DNA of 41,887 nucleotides, taken from Candidatus Omnitrophota bacterium. GTDB lineage: Bacteria > Omnitrophota > Gorgyraeia > Gygaellales > Profunditerraquicolaceae. Shown piece after piece: positions 9,510 through 19,313 of the stretch; positions within the stretch are counted from its first letter, which is position 1, and every line of letters begins with the position of its first letter. The position numbers and the translations under genes are program-made. The notes below the pieces were generated by a model that did no database searches, had not been told where the DNA came from, and was given only the letters and a program-made list of their open reading frames with translations. Location of the stretch: assembly GCA_023818655.1 (NCBI GenBank), contig JAMWCI010000004.1:1-41887 (forward strand), in the 5' to 3' direction.

Positions 9510-11278
9510 GCAAAAGATAAGGTATTACGCCTTATTCTTAGCGGCGGTGACATTGTTTATATTTTTATCTAGTAGACGTATAACGCAGACCGTCTCCGGC
9601 GAAGAATTGGCTGTATTATCATGCTTTAACGATATTTTCCAGGTAGGTTTAACACAGCATCTGCGTGACTCCGGATTAAAGCCGTTAGACCTTGCTCTTG
9701 TCCACCCCCATCTTTATATGCTTACTGTGCTATGGGCATACGCGCTATTTGGCTACCATGATGTAAGCGCTCGCCTTGTAGGTGTATTTACAGGAATACT
9801 GACCATATTACTTGTCTTCATTATTGTCCAGAGATTTGCGCTGGGAGACCGTCTGAGGCGAATCAAGATAGCAGGCCTGGTGAGTTTAAGTTATGCCTTG
9901 GCTCCTACTACTATTACGGGGGCACTCTTGACGCAGATTGATACCACTGTTTTAATTCCTCTCTTGTTATGCGTTGTTTTGAGCGCAACCCGCTACGTTG
10001 TAGAAAAAAAGCGCATCTGGTTAGTATGGTTATGCTTAAACGTTGTGTTTTCATTCTGGGCGCGACTTTCTACCCCCGGCGTAATAGTGACACTTATCGC
10101 CATTTATTTTTTAGCAAGCAAGGCTGAAGTTTCAATAAAACGTATGATTATTTTAACTTTGGCAGGCGGGGTGTTGGCGTTTCTCGTATTATGGTTTATC
10201 TATTGCAAGATATTAGGTATTCCGTGGTTTAGACTCTTTGGTTATACCACATCCGTTATATACCGTTTTGGTATCGTCAGGAGCGTTGTGCAGAATATAC
10301 AAAATATTCTTTACGTCGTTTTATGGCTTGGGCCGGTGACGTTGTTTACTTTTCTTAATAGCAGGACGCTCTTTTCTGCGCAACCCAAAAGACACAGAAC
10401 CATACGGCATATTTCTTTTTTGCGGTTTTCTGATTTTAATCAGTTTTACTTTTATTTATGGCACTCATCATGGCTACCCGCGTTATCACAGTCCAGCCAT
10501 CCCTTTGGTTTATATCGGTGCAGGATTAATGCTTTCCCGAGAGAAGGGATTGTTTTTGCCAGTCCGTCAAACAGTACTTATTTTTTTGCTTGTATTTTTA
10601 GCGCAACTTATTATTATAGGCGATCCGCTTTATAGTATCAGGTATTTACTGCGCGAGGCCGCGGTGTATGCGCCAACCCAGATTCCCATAATTATCAAAA
10701 CCTTGGTGTACAGATTTTTACTTTTCTTGTTAGTTTGTTTCTTGTTGTGGTTTCGTCTTGTTCCAGCGGCGCGCCTCAACACATTTATAGGTTTTCTTGT
10801 CGTCTCTTCCCTTGCTTCAAGCACGGGAATGACTATTTCGCAGGGCCTCGCTCCTTACCACATAGGATTCAATTATGGCGAAGATGGTATGCAGGAACTT
10901 GTCCAATATCTGCATCGCAAGGTAAAGAAAGGAGACATCATTGTGGCTACGGATGATATTAGTCATAGGCTTGGTCTCTCATCAAAGGCATACCTGGATT
11001 ATTCCATCTGGCATGATACTGAGGCAATGCGCAGGTATCTTCAGGAACCAAAGGTATCCGCGCTTGTCATTAGTATTACCGCTAACACTATTGAGCAGCT
11101 TAGGGCGATACGCCAGGATTCCAAGCTTGCAGAAATACTCCAGAATCATTTTGAATATCGGCATATTGGGACTTACCGCGTCTGGACCAAGATAAAAACC
11201 GTAGCTGCCTCTGCAAGGCAGCTATGTCCGCGGATGCAAACTCTGGCATATAAAAACTGTTTTACCCAGAGAAGATAA
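9472..11278 (+). pseudogene. GT-C (ArnT/PMT-like) membrane glycosyltransferase with one frameshift (~601 aa restored)
   Basis: GEE, HPHLY and ARL motifs plus TM array in frame 1. After ~10345 the hydrophobic reading continues in frame 2 (LLFLIAG...YPRYHSPAIP) into ORF 10505-11278. Removing one T at 10345-10347 joins them. Confidence 0.78.
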
Positions 11279-11288
11279 TGATGCGAAA

Positions 11289-11951
11289 ATGAATATCTTC
11301 AAAGGACCTCTATTTATTCTAAAAAAACAGCAGCAGGAGATGATAAGAAGATACGTCAGGTATCTTACTGGTAGCCTCCTTGACATAGGTTGCGGCACAA
11401 GACCATTCAAAGAACTCCTTTCAGTTTCTTCCTACCTGAGCATAGATTGGTCAGAGTGCGTCGCTCCAGATGTAGTCGCAAAGTGCGAGCAAATACCTTT
11501 TAAGGAGGCAAGATTTGACAGCGTTATCTGTACCGAACTCCTTGAGCATCTGCGGCAGCCAGAAGAATGTCTTCTGGAGATTAAGCGCGTATTAAAACCC
11601 GGCGGTTTTGTTTACATCACCGTGCCGCAAAGTTGGTGCTTGCATTATGAGCCGCACGATTACTGGAGGTTTACAAAATACGGGATTGAGCATATTCTTA
11701 AGAAAAGCGGTTTTAATGTGCTTGATATTGAAAGGATAGGAGGAATCTTTTCGCTTATTGGAGTCAGGTTAACGGATGTGTTTTGGAACGCGCTTGCCGA
11801 CGGATTGTCTTTTATAAACCGCAGATGGGCTGAGAGGGTTGCTTCATTATTTTGCGCGCCGCTATCGCTTATATTCTACTGTTTAAGTAAGGCTTGGGAT
11901 ACTCTTGGCGATAAGGATGTCTTGGGATGGGCGGTTATAGCCAGAAGATAA
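11289..11951 (+). CDS. Class I SAM methyltransferase (Methyltransf_11)
   Basis: LLDIGCG, IPF..FDSVICTELLEH, RVLKPGG and H.EP.DYWRFT motifs. Confidence 0.9.
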   Translation: MNIFKGPLFILKKQQQEMIRRYVRYLTGSLLDIGCGTRPFKELLSVSSYLSIDWSECVAPDVVAKCEQIPFKEARFDSVICTELLEHLRQPEECLLEIKRVLKPGGFVYITVPQSWCLHYEPHDYWRFTKYGIEHILKKSGFNVLDIERIGGIFSLIGVRLTDVFWNALADGLSFINRRWAERVASLFCAPLSLIFYCLSKAWDTLGDKDVLGWAVIARR

Positions 11952-13057
11952 CCAAGGTCTGCCATATAGTTGACAGTCTATCCATAGGCGGTCTGGAAAA
12001 GATTATAATTGAGATAATTTTTAATCTTAAAGGATACGAGCAGGCAGTGTGGTGTTTAAAAGAAAAAGGTATCTTGGCCCAACATGTAGAACAAAGAGGT
12101 ATAAAAGTAAGAAATTTTGATTTCGGTGGTTCCTTGCGTTTTTCTGCAGCAAATAGACTTGCCTCGGAGTTAAAAAAGGAAAGGTTTGATATAGTGCATT
12201 GCCATGGCTTTTTTCCTTCTATCTGGGGCAGGATAGCTGCCATAATGGCCGGCATACCGATAAGGATTGTCCATTGCCAAAACATTTATTACGGGATACC
12301 TTTCAGAGAAAGGCTAAAATTTATAATTTTAACTTATTTTACCACCAAGATTATCGCGGTATCTGAAGCGGTGAAAAGATGTTTAACAGAATATCTTAAG
12401 ATAAATCCCCATAAGATAGTCGTGGTCTATAATAGCGCTTCTGCAATAACCCCCATAGAGCAGCAGGAGAGAGTATCGTTCCGTAAATCTCTTGGGTTAG
12501 GAGATGAGGATTTTGTCGTAGGGAGTGTAGCTAGATTAATACCAATTAAAGGACACCGGACTTTGATAGATGCTATAAGCCAGTGTAAGCGGTTCAGTCC
12601 ACAGTGCAAGTGTATTATAGTGGGCGACGGGCCGGAGAGAGAAAGACTGGCATTACAGATTAAAGGACTAGGTCTGGAAGGAAGAGTGTTGCTTTTAGGA
12701 TGGAGACGAGACGTCCATAATTTACTTTCCATAATCGACGTATTTGTCTTGCCGTCTCTGGAAAGAGAAGGATTACCTCTGGTTTTGGCAGAGGCCTCTG
12801 CAGCAGGGTTACCTCTTCTGGTTACGGATGTAGGAGGCAACGCCGAGATAGCCAAAGACGGGTTTAATGCGTTGCATTTTGGAGTGGGGCAACCAGAAGA
12901 GTTAGCGGAAAAAATAGAATTCCTGATGAGTAACCCTGAGGAGAGGAAACGAATGGGAGAGAATTCAAAAAAAATCTGGAAGGATAAATTTACGACAGAG
13001 ATAATGCTGGAGAGGATTGATGCTATATATAAGGCCTCTCTAACGGCCACAGGATAG
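11927..13057 (+). CDS. GT4 glycosyltransferase
   Basis: GGLEK, DIVHCH, VARL...KG, FVLPS..EGLP..LAEA and TDVGG motifs. Confidence 0.92.
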   Translation: MGGYSQKITKVCHIVDSLSIGGLEKIIIEIIFNLKGYEQAVWCLKEKGILAQHVEQRGIKVRNFDFGGSLRFSAANRLASELKKERFDIVHCHGFFPSIWGRIAAIMAGIPIRIVHCQNIYYGIPFRERLKFIILTYFTTKIIAVSEAVKRCLTEYLKINPHKIVVVYNSASAITPIEQQERVSFRKSLGLGDEDFVVGSVARLIPIKGHRTLIDAISQCKRFSPQCKCIIVGDGPERERLALQIKGLGLEGRVLLLGWRRDVHNLLSIIDVFVLPSLEREGLPLVLAEASAAGLPLLVTDVGGNAEIAKDGFNALHFGVGQPEELAEKIEFLMSNPEERKRMGENSKKIWKDKFTTEIMLERIDAIYKASLTATG

Positions 13058-13068
13058 TTTATAGTGCT

Positions 13069-13725
13069 ATGGGGATAAAAGATACGGTGCAGAGGTGGGC
13101 AGGTTTTCTATCTCCGCCAAGTCCTAATCTTAACATAAGCCATAAGATAAAAGAGTTGCTGGTTGAGTTGGACAATCAGGCTAAGTTATTGGATATAGGC
13201 TCTGGAAAACGCCGATTATCTTGCCGCGCCATAAATATGGATATAAAATTTTTTCCCGGGGTGGATGTCATAGGAGACGCGCACAATCCACCTTTTAAAG
13301 ACGATTATTTTGATTTGGTGATTGCCCGGGCAGTAATAGAGCATGTCAAGGACCCGCGGCGGACAGTAAGTCAGATATACCGCATTTTAAAAAAAGGCGG
13401 CTGCGTTTACGCAGAGGTGCCATTTTTGCAGCCATACCATTGCGCTCCGGATGATTTTCAGAGATATACATTGAGCGGTTTGGAGAATCTGTTTAAGGAT
13501 TTTAAGAAGTTAGATAGCGGATTTTGCGTTGGCCCTACCGGAGCCCTGTTAGGGATTTTGCAGGAATATATCGCGTTATTTATCGGTATTCCTATAGCAA
13601 GGGGCATAATTTATTTTCTGCTTGGCTGGATATTCTTTCCGTTGAGATACTTAGATTTGCTTTTTGCAAAACGCAAGAAAGCATCTCTTATTGCCTCAAG
13701 TCTTTATTTTTTAGGCAAGAAATAA
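13069..13725 (+). CDS. Class I SAM methyltransferase (Methyltransf_11)
   Basis: LLDIGSG, GDAH.PPF, VIEHV, LKKGG and PFLQPYH..PDDFQRYT motifs. Confidence 0.9.
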   Translation: MGIKDTVQRWAGFLSPPSPNLNISHKIKELLVELDNQAKLLDIGSGKRRLSCRAINMDIKFFPGVDVIGDAHNPPFKDDYFDLVIARAVIEHVKDPRRTVSQIYRILKKGGCVYAEVPFLQPYHCAPDDFQRYTLSGLENLFKDFKKLDSGFCVGPTGALLGILQEYIALFIGIPIARGIIYFLLGWIFFPLRYLDLLFAKRKKASLIASSLYFLGKK

Positions 13726-13727
13726 AC

Positions 13728-14855
13728 ATGGGATTAAGATACAATATACTCTATCTTCACGAGACTGCTCAAATGAGCGGAGCAGAAAATAGTCTTTTTA
13801 ATTTGGTTAAAAATATAGATAAGGCAAGATTTAATCCTGTATTTGTTTGTCCCGGAGGAGGGTTATTTTCTGATATGCTCAGGCGGTCCGGGATAAAGGT
13901 ATATGCGTTGAATTTTCCTGCATTGCGTAAAATTATCGGCGTAATCCCTACGGTAAAGAAGTTACGTTCTATTATGAGAGAAGAAAAAACCAACTTGGTG
14001 CATTCTAACAGTATCCGCACCAATATTTATGCCGCGCTGTCTGCGCGGCCCAAAGGCATACCTATTATTTGGCATGCCAGAAACCTGATTACCGATGAGG
14101 TCGTTGATTTGGACAGGTTATTTTCTTTTCTTGCCGATAAGATTATATGCAACTCTTATGCCATAAGCAGACGTTTTCTTAAGAAGGGCAAGGTGCCGGA
14201 TAAGGTTACAGTGATTTATAACGGCGTGGATACCGATATATTTAATCCGCGGGCAAATGGAGAAAGAATCAGGGAAGAATTTAACATCCCGTCAGAATCT
14301 CGCATTGTCGGCATCACCTCGCGTTTTCATGCGGATAAGGGACACGAATTATTCTTTCAGGCAGCCAGACTCGTCCTTAAAGAAATTGCGAATTGCAGGT
14401 TTCTGGTTGTTGGCGGTGCAGTATTTAATAAAGACGCTTGGAGGGAGAAATATCTGAGAAATTTGGTTAGAGAATATAATATAGCCGACAAGGTGATTTT
14501 TACCGGTTTTAGGCATGATATGCCAGAGGTTTACGCGGCAATGGATATATTTGTCTTGGCGGCAAAGGCAGAGCCTTGCGGCAGGGTTATTTTAGAAGCT
14601 ATGGCTTCTGGAAAGCCGGTGGTTGCCGCTAAAACCGGAGGCACTCCCGAGATTGTCGTAGATGGTGTAACCGGAATATTGCTTGACCCGCTAAACCCTG
14701 ACATTATGGCTAAGGCAATATTAAATCTGCTAAATAATAAAGAACTGGTCAGCGCCATGGGAGGATCCGGGCGGCAACGCGCCAAGCGCCTGTTTAGTAT
14801 CGTGCAGAATGTGGCCCAAACAGAAAAAGAATATTTTAAGATTTTGGGAGAATAG
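13728..14855 (+). CDS. GT4 glycosyltransferase
   Basis: Start reassigned to ATG 13728, 2 nt after the previous stop. SGAE, KG, EPCGRVILEAMA and GGTPE motifs. Confidence 0.9.
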   Translation: MGLRYNILYLHETAQMSGAENSLFNLVKNIDKARFNPVFVCPGGGLFSDMLRRSGIKVYALNFPALRKIIGVIPTVKKLRSIMREEKTNLVHSNSIRTNIYAALSARPKGIPIIWHARNLITDEVVDLDRLFSFLADKIICNSYAISRRFLKKGKVPDKVTVIYNGVDTDIFNPRANGERIREEFNIPSESRIVGITSRFHADKGHELFFQAARLVLKEIANCRFLVVGGAVFNKDAWREKYLRNLVREYNIADKVIFTGFRHDMPEVYAAMDIFVLAAKAEPCGRVILEAMASGKPVVAAKTGGTPEIVVDGVTGILLDPLNPDIMAKAILNLLNNKELVSAMGGSGRQRAKRLFSIVQNVAQTEKEYFKILGE

Positions 14856-14858
14856 AAT

Positions 14859-15620
14859 ATGGATAAGTTATCCGTTGTCATTTTGACTAAGAACGAAGAA
14901 GCTCAGATTAGAAAGTGCTTAGAGAGCATTAAATGGGCTGATGAGATAATAATTGTTGACGATTTTAGCACAGATAGGACGCTTCAAATATGCCGGGAAT
15001 ACACAGATAAGATATTTCAAAAGAAGCTTGAAGGATTTAGCGCGCAAAGGGAGTTTGGCGCTTTCCAAGCAGGTGGGCCATGGGTTCTTCATTTAGATGC
15101 GGATGAAGTGGTCACTCCTGCATTACAAGAGGAAATCAAGGAGATTTTAGAAAAAGGCACGGATTGCGATGGCTTCTTGATTTATAGACCAACAGTCTAT
15201 CTGGGCAGATTGATGCGTTATTGTGGATGGAGAGCGCGGCCGTTGCTTTTATTCCGGAAAAACAAGGGGCGCTACGACGGAAGATTAGTGCATGAAAGGA
15301 TTAGCGTTGACGGCAAGATAGGATGTTTGCGTAATGAGATAATACACAAAGGGTATAAAAATCTCTCTGAGCACTTTGCCAAGATGGATTTGTATACCAC
15401 TTATGACGCGGAAGAATTATGGCGAAAGGGCAAAAGATTAAATATTTTTAATTATCCTGTCTATTTTATCCTGAAGCCATCTTTCATTTTCTTTAGGAGG
15501 TATATCATCCAGAGAGGGTTTAAAGAAGGGCTAAGAGGGCTTTTTATAAGCGTGATAACCGCTTTTATAGTTTTTATGAATTATGCAAAGCTATGGGAAA
15601 AACAGAAGAATGCGCATTAA
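14859..15620 (+). CDS. GT2 LPS-core beta-glucosyltransferase-like (WaaE/KdtX family)
   Basis: LSVVILTKNEE, DEIIIVDD.STD, LDADE, VHE and GFKEG.RG motifs. Confidence 0.85.
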   Translation: MDKLSVVILTKNEEAQIRKCLESIKWADEIIIVDDFSTDRTLQICREYTDKIFQKKLEGFSAQREFGAFQAGGPWVLHLDADEVVTPALQEEIKEILEKGTDCDGFLIYRPTVYLGRLMRYCGWRARPLLLFRKNKGRYDGRLVHERISVDGKIGCLRNEIIHKGYKNLSEHFAKMDLYTTYDAEELWRKGKRLNIFNYPVYFILKPSFIFFRRYIIQRGFKEGLRGLFISVITAFIVFMNYAKLWEKQKNAH

Positions 15621-16725
15621 AACCTTGATAGAAAATTTCTATCTTTTTTCAAGAAGCTTATTGTTGTCTCCGTTGTTGGCCTTGCGCAAGACAAAGATAC
15701 CCGCAAATGACCAGATAAGAAAAATACTGCTATTGCGGCATGACAGGATTGGGGATATGGTGTTATCCACGCCTGTATTTTATGCCTTAAGACGTGGTTA
15801 TCCAAATGCCGTTATCGTCGTTTTGGCTTCCGTAAGTAATAAAGAGGTAATTAAGTATGATCCGGCGGTAAATGAGATAATTGTCTATCAAGGGATTTGG
15901 CATTTTCTTAAAGAGTTTAGGGATAAGGAAATCGATTTGGCAATAGACCTTTTTTATACCTATGAATTAAAGAGCGCATTTTTGACTTACATTTTCGGGG
16001 CAAGATACAGGATGGGATTTGAAAATGCCGGCCGGCAAATATTCTTTAATATCAAAGGGCCAAAGATAAAGCGTAGCGGCAATATGATTGAACATCTGCT
16101 TGAGCTAGTAAGTTGTTTGGGGATAGAAAAAAAAGCTATTAGACCAAGACTGTATTTACAAGAAGAGGAGAAGAATTGGGCAATAGATTATTTGAAAGAA
16201 AACGACATAGATTTAGATAAAATAACAATAGCGCTTCATCCTGGCGCATTTTTTCCTAGTCAGCGATGGCCGCTGGATAATTTTATAACGCTCTCTGATA
16301 AGATTAGGGATGAATTTGGCGCAAATATTATTTTCTTTGGAGAAAAGGATGATGAAGCATTATTAAGGCGTCACAGCGAGATTATGGGAAGCGACCGGAC
16401 TAAGCTTTTTTTTGATTTGAATCTTAGGCAGTTTATCGCTGTATTAGCCTGTTGCGACCTGTTAATATGCAATAATTCCGGACCACTGCATATCGCCTCG
16501 GCGTTGGAAATACCGACAGTTTCTGTTATGGGGCCTACCGATCCTATTTTGTGGAGTCCGACAGGCAAGGATGATACGGTGATAAGGAAAAATATATCCT
16601 GTAGCCCATGTAGCAGAGACTTTTGCTCCAGGCATGATTGTATGAGGCTAGTAACGGTTGAGGAGGTTATGGAGGTCGTAAGGTTACAGATAAAAAAGAT
16701 ATGTAGCGTAAAGGATAGGATATGA
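15610..16725 (+). CDS. GT9 heptosyltransferase-family glycosyltransferase
   Basis: DRIGDMVL, LHPGA, RWP, NNSGPLHIA and MGPT motifs, C-terminal CSPC motif. Start set to ATG 15610. Confidence 0.9.
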   Translation: MRIKTLIENFYLFSRSLLLSPLLALRKTKIPANDQIRKILLLRHDRIGDMVLSTPVFYALRRGYPNAVIVVLASVSNKEVIKYDPAVNEIIVYQGIWHFLKEFRDKEIDLAIDLFYTYELKSAFLTYIFGARYRMGFENAGRQIFFNIKGPKIKRSGNMIEHLLELVSCLGIEKKAIRPRLYLQEEEKNWAIDYLKENDIDLDKITIALHPGAFFPSQRWPLDNFITLSDKIRDEFGANIIFFGEKDDEALLRRHSEIMGSDRTKLFFDLNLRQFIAVLACCDLLICNNSGPLHIASALEIPTVSVMGPTDPILWSPTGKDDTVIRKNISCSPCSRDFCSRHDCMRLVTVEEVMEVVRLQIKKICSVKDRI

Positions 16726-17612
16726 CGACAGGATTACAAGACGCAGAAAGGAAGAATAGATGCGCCCTGTGTGGGTGTAGTCAGATAAATATATTGTATA
16801 ACCTGCCTGCTTTTAATATCATGAAATGCGAAAGGTGCAATTTTATGTTTAACGATAAATGGGATAGTTTTTCTGAGGAAACTACAATGGCAACACGAGA
16901 GAAAACTGACGCGTTAAATTCACAACGTGATTTTGAAGCAGAAAAAGAGGTTTATCGCGACAGGTTTCTCAGAGAATTGGCAGAGATATCGCGCTTGAAA
17001 AAGACAGGCAGATTATTGGATATAGGGTGTGCCTGCGGGTATTTTCTTAGGGTAGCGCAAGATACAGGATGGCAGGCTTACGGCATAGATATCGATAAGA
17101 ATGCGGTGGAATATGGAAGAAACAAATATGCCTTAAACCTCAAATATGGCGTATTAAATTACGGACAATATCCGGAAAAATATTTTGATGTGGTGACTTT
17201 GTTCCATGCCCTTGAACATATGCCTGATTTTGAGAAAGTTATATCGATTATCAAAACCATCCTGAAGGATAATGGCCTGCTGGTAATAGATGTCCCCAAT
17301 GTCAATGATTTGAGGCGAAGATTATTCGGAAGGGATTGGCCGATGTTTAGACAGGAACACTTATGGTATTTTTCAAAGCATACTCTTCAGCTACTCCTTG
17401 AAAGATACGGATTCAAGATAATAAAAACTAGATTGCACGGCGGCAGCAATATCGCGTTTAAATTGGATAAGGTTACTCATAGGGCTGCTACGGAGTTTAT
17501 AGCCAAACATTTTAGGTATATCCGCCATTTTAAACATATATTCAGACGAATATACAATTTATTGGGTTTTAACGAAGATATCCTTGTATATGCAAAAAAT
17601 ATTAATCATTAA
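16722..17612 (+). CDS. Class I SAM methyltransferase with N-terminal CxxC..CxxC Zn ribbon
   Basis: CALC...CERC, LLDIGCACG, FDVVT..H.LEH, VPN and EHLWYF motifs. Confidence 0.88.
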   Translation: MTTGLQDAERKNRCALCGCSQINILYNLPAFNIMKCERCNFMFNDKWDSFSEETTMATREKTDALNSQRDFEAEKEVYRDRFLRELAEISRLKKTGRLLDIGCACGYFLRVAQDTGWQAYGIDIDKNAVEYGRNKYALNLKYGVLNYGQYPEKYFDVVTLFHALEHMPDFEKVISIIKTILKDNGLLVIDVPNVNDLRRRLFGRDWPMFRQEHLWYFSKHTLQLLLERYGFKIIKTRLHGGSNIAFKLDKVTHRAATEFIAKHFRYIRHFKHIFRRIYNLLGFNEDILVYAKNINH

Positions 17613-18630
17613 TCTGGGCGGCATAGGCGATTTACTATTTTCCAGTGTCGCCATAAAATCGCTAAGAGAGTTGTATAAAAATTCTATCTTTGATATATTG
17701 GTTGTTGAACGGATAGCAGAAGCAGCTCAGGAGTTAGGTTTATTTGATACTGTATTTATACGTCATAAAGGTATCCTAAATACAGCAAGATTATTATCAA
17801 GATTAAGGCGCAGAAGATACGACCTGGTTGTAAATATGCGCACTATAACAGACTGGATAGGTGCAATCAAGATGTTTTTGCTTGTGAAAACAATAAACGG
17901 CTCTTGCTCAGCCGGTCGCAATACAGATAACAGGGGGTTCTTTTTTGATATTAAGGTCCCAGAAACTACCATGGGCAATCATCATGAGATGGAGTATGAC
18001 ATAGACACGGCAAGGGCGTTAGGGGCAGGGATTTGTGACAGAAAGATAGAATTGAATATAGATAAGCACCAAGAGAAGATGAAGCAGTTTTTAAGAAACG
18101 CAGGCTTAACTCAAGAGGATGTTTTGATAGGAGTGCATCCTGGCGGAAAGCCATCTCACCGCTGGCCGGTTGAGAATTTTATCAAGGTTATAGAATGGCT
18201 TGACAAAAAAATACAATGTAAGTTTATAGTTACTGGAGACGCCCAAGATAAAATTATTATAGAACAGATACGCAGAAAAACAGGGGTGAAGATAATCAAT
18301 CTTGAAGAAAGACTCAGTATAGGAGAGTTAGGCGCGTTGATAAGTATGTGCAGCCTTTATATTGCCAATGATACCGGGCCGATGCACATCGCAGCTATAC
18401 TGAATACACCGCTTGTAGCTATATTTGGTCCCGGATATATTAACCGCTTTGATCCAAGGAGCATTTCCAATAAGGCTGTGGTAATGTATAAAAGGTCAGG
18501 TTGCGCTCCCTGCGATAAGACAAGTTGCAAGAAGACAGACTGTTTAAGAAACATATCTCCGGAGGAAGTGCTGGAGGCGTCTTTAGGATTATTGCGCCAT
18601 AAGATAAGGGGAGTGGTAGAAAGACAATGA
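17590..18630 (+). CDS. GT9 heptosyltransferase-family glycosyltransferase
   Basis: GGIGD, HPGG, RWP, NDTGPMHIA and IFGP motifs, C-terminal CAPC motif. Start set to ATG 17590. Confidence 0.9.
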   Translation: MQKILIINLGGIGDLLFSSVAIKSLRELYKNSIFDILVVERIAEAAQELGLFDTVFIRHKGILNTARLLSRLRRRRYDLVVNMRTITDWIGAIKMFLLVKTINGSCSAGRNTDNRGFFFDIKVPETTMGNHHEMEYDIDTARALGAGICDRKIELNIDKHQEKMKQFLRNAGLTQEDVLIGVHPGGKPSHRWPVENFIKVIEWLDKKIQCKFIVTGDAQDKIIIEQIRRKTGVKIINLEERLSIGELGALISMCSLYIANDTGPMHIAAILNTPLVAIFGPGYINRFDPRSISNKAVVMYKRSGCAPCDKTSCKKTDCLRNISPEEVLEASLGLLRHKIRGVVERQ

Positions 18631-19313
18631 GATTTATCGCGAAGTTGTATTATTTAGTCCACACGTTAACTTCTAAGCCAGAGGAAAGAGGAGAGTATTC
18701 TGTCGGACATTGGCAGAGCCAAGTTAGGATCGAGGTATTTAATTTATGCAAAAAAATTAACGGACGGGTAGTCGAAATAGGGTGTGGCGAAGGTTTATTT
18801 CTCGTAAAGTTAGCCCAGTGTCATAACGGATTAGAGATATGGGGGTTAGATAATAACAGGAAGATACTTTCGCAGCTAAAAGATAAATCTTTGCAGGAGG
18901 GATTTGCCAATATGCATTTCGTATTGGGCGAAGCAGGGTATTTGCCATTTTCCGATGAATGTTTTGATACCGTTATTTGCATAAATACTTCTATCAATAT
19001 GCCGTCCATAGACTACCTTAAGATGGCATTGTCAGAGATGATGCGTATATGCAAAAAAGGCGGGAAGATAATTTTTGAGTACCGCAATTCGTTAAATAAA
19101 TTGCTCAATCTTAAATACAGACTGGCGCGTTATTACGATGAAACATTAGGACCGTTACCATTAAATACGTTCAGCACAGAAATGATAAATTCTTTTATAA
19201 AAAGTGCAAACTTTAGAGTATTGAATAGAAGGTTTATTCCTAAGTTTTTTGAACATCATTGGTTGAGGGCATTTTCGCCTATAATAATCGTAGAAGCAAT
19301 CAAGGAATGTTAA
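18627..19313 (+). CDS. Class I SAM methyltransferase (Methyltransf_11)
   Basis: VEIGCGEG, GLD, LPF.DE.FD and R.CKKGG motifs. ATGA overlap with the upstream GT9. Confidence 0.88.
   Translation: MRFIAKLYYLVHTLTSKPEERGEYSVGHWQSQVRIEVFNLCKKINGRVVEIGCGEGLFLVKLAQCHNGLEIWGLDNNRKILSQLKDKSLQEGFANMHFVLGEAGYLPFSDECFDTVICINTSINMPSIDYLKMALSEMMRICKKGGKIIFEYRNSLNKLLNLKYRLARYYDETLGPLPLNTFSTEMINSFIKSANFRVLNRRFIPKFFEHHWLRAFSPIIIVEAIKEC

Noticed and set aside
12427-13050. 207-aa minus-strand ORF and the other short antisense or nested ORFs
   Set aside because: All overlap well-supported + strand genes and show no family motifs.
13524-13727. N-terminal extensions called by the ORF track (also 15583, 17584, 19259, 28714)
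   Set aside because: Most overlap the upstream gene with non-homologous sequence. Downstream ATGs fit family starts, SD position or coupling better.
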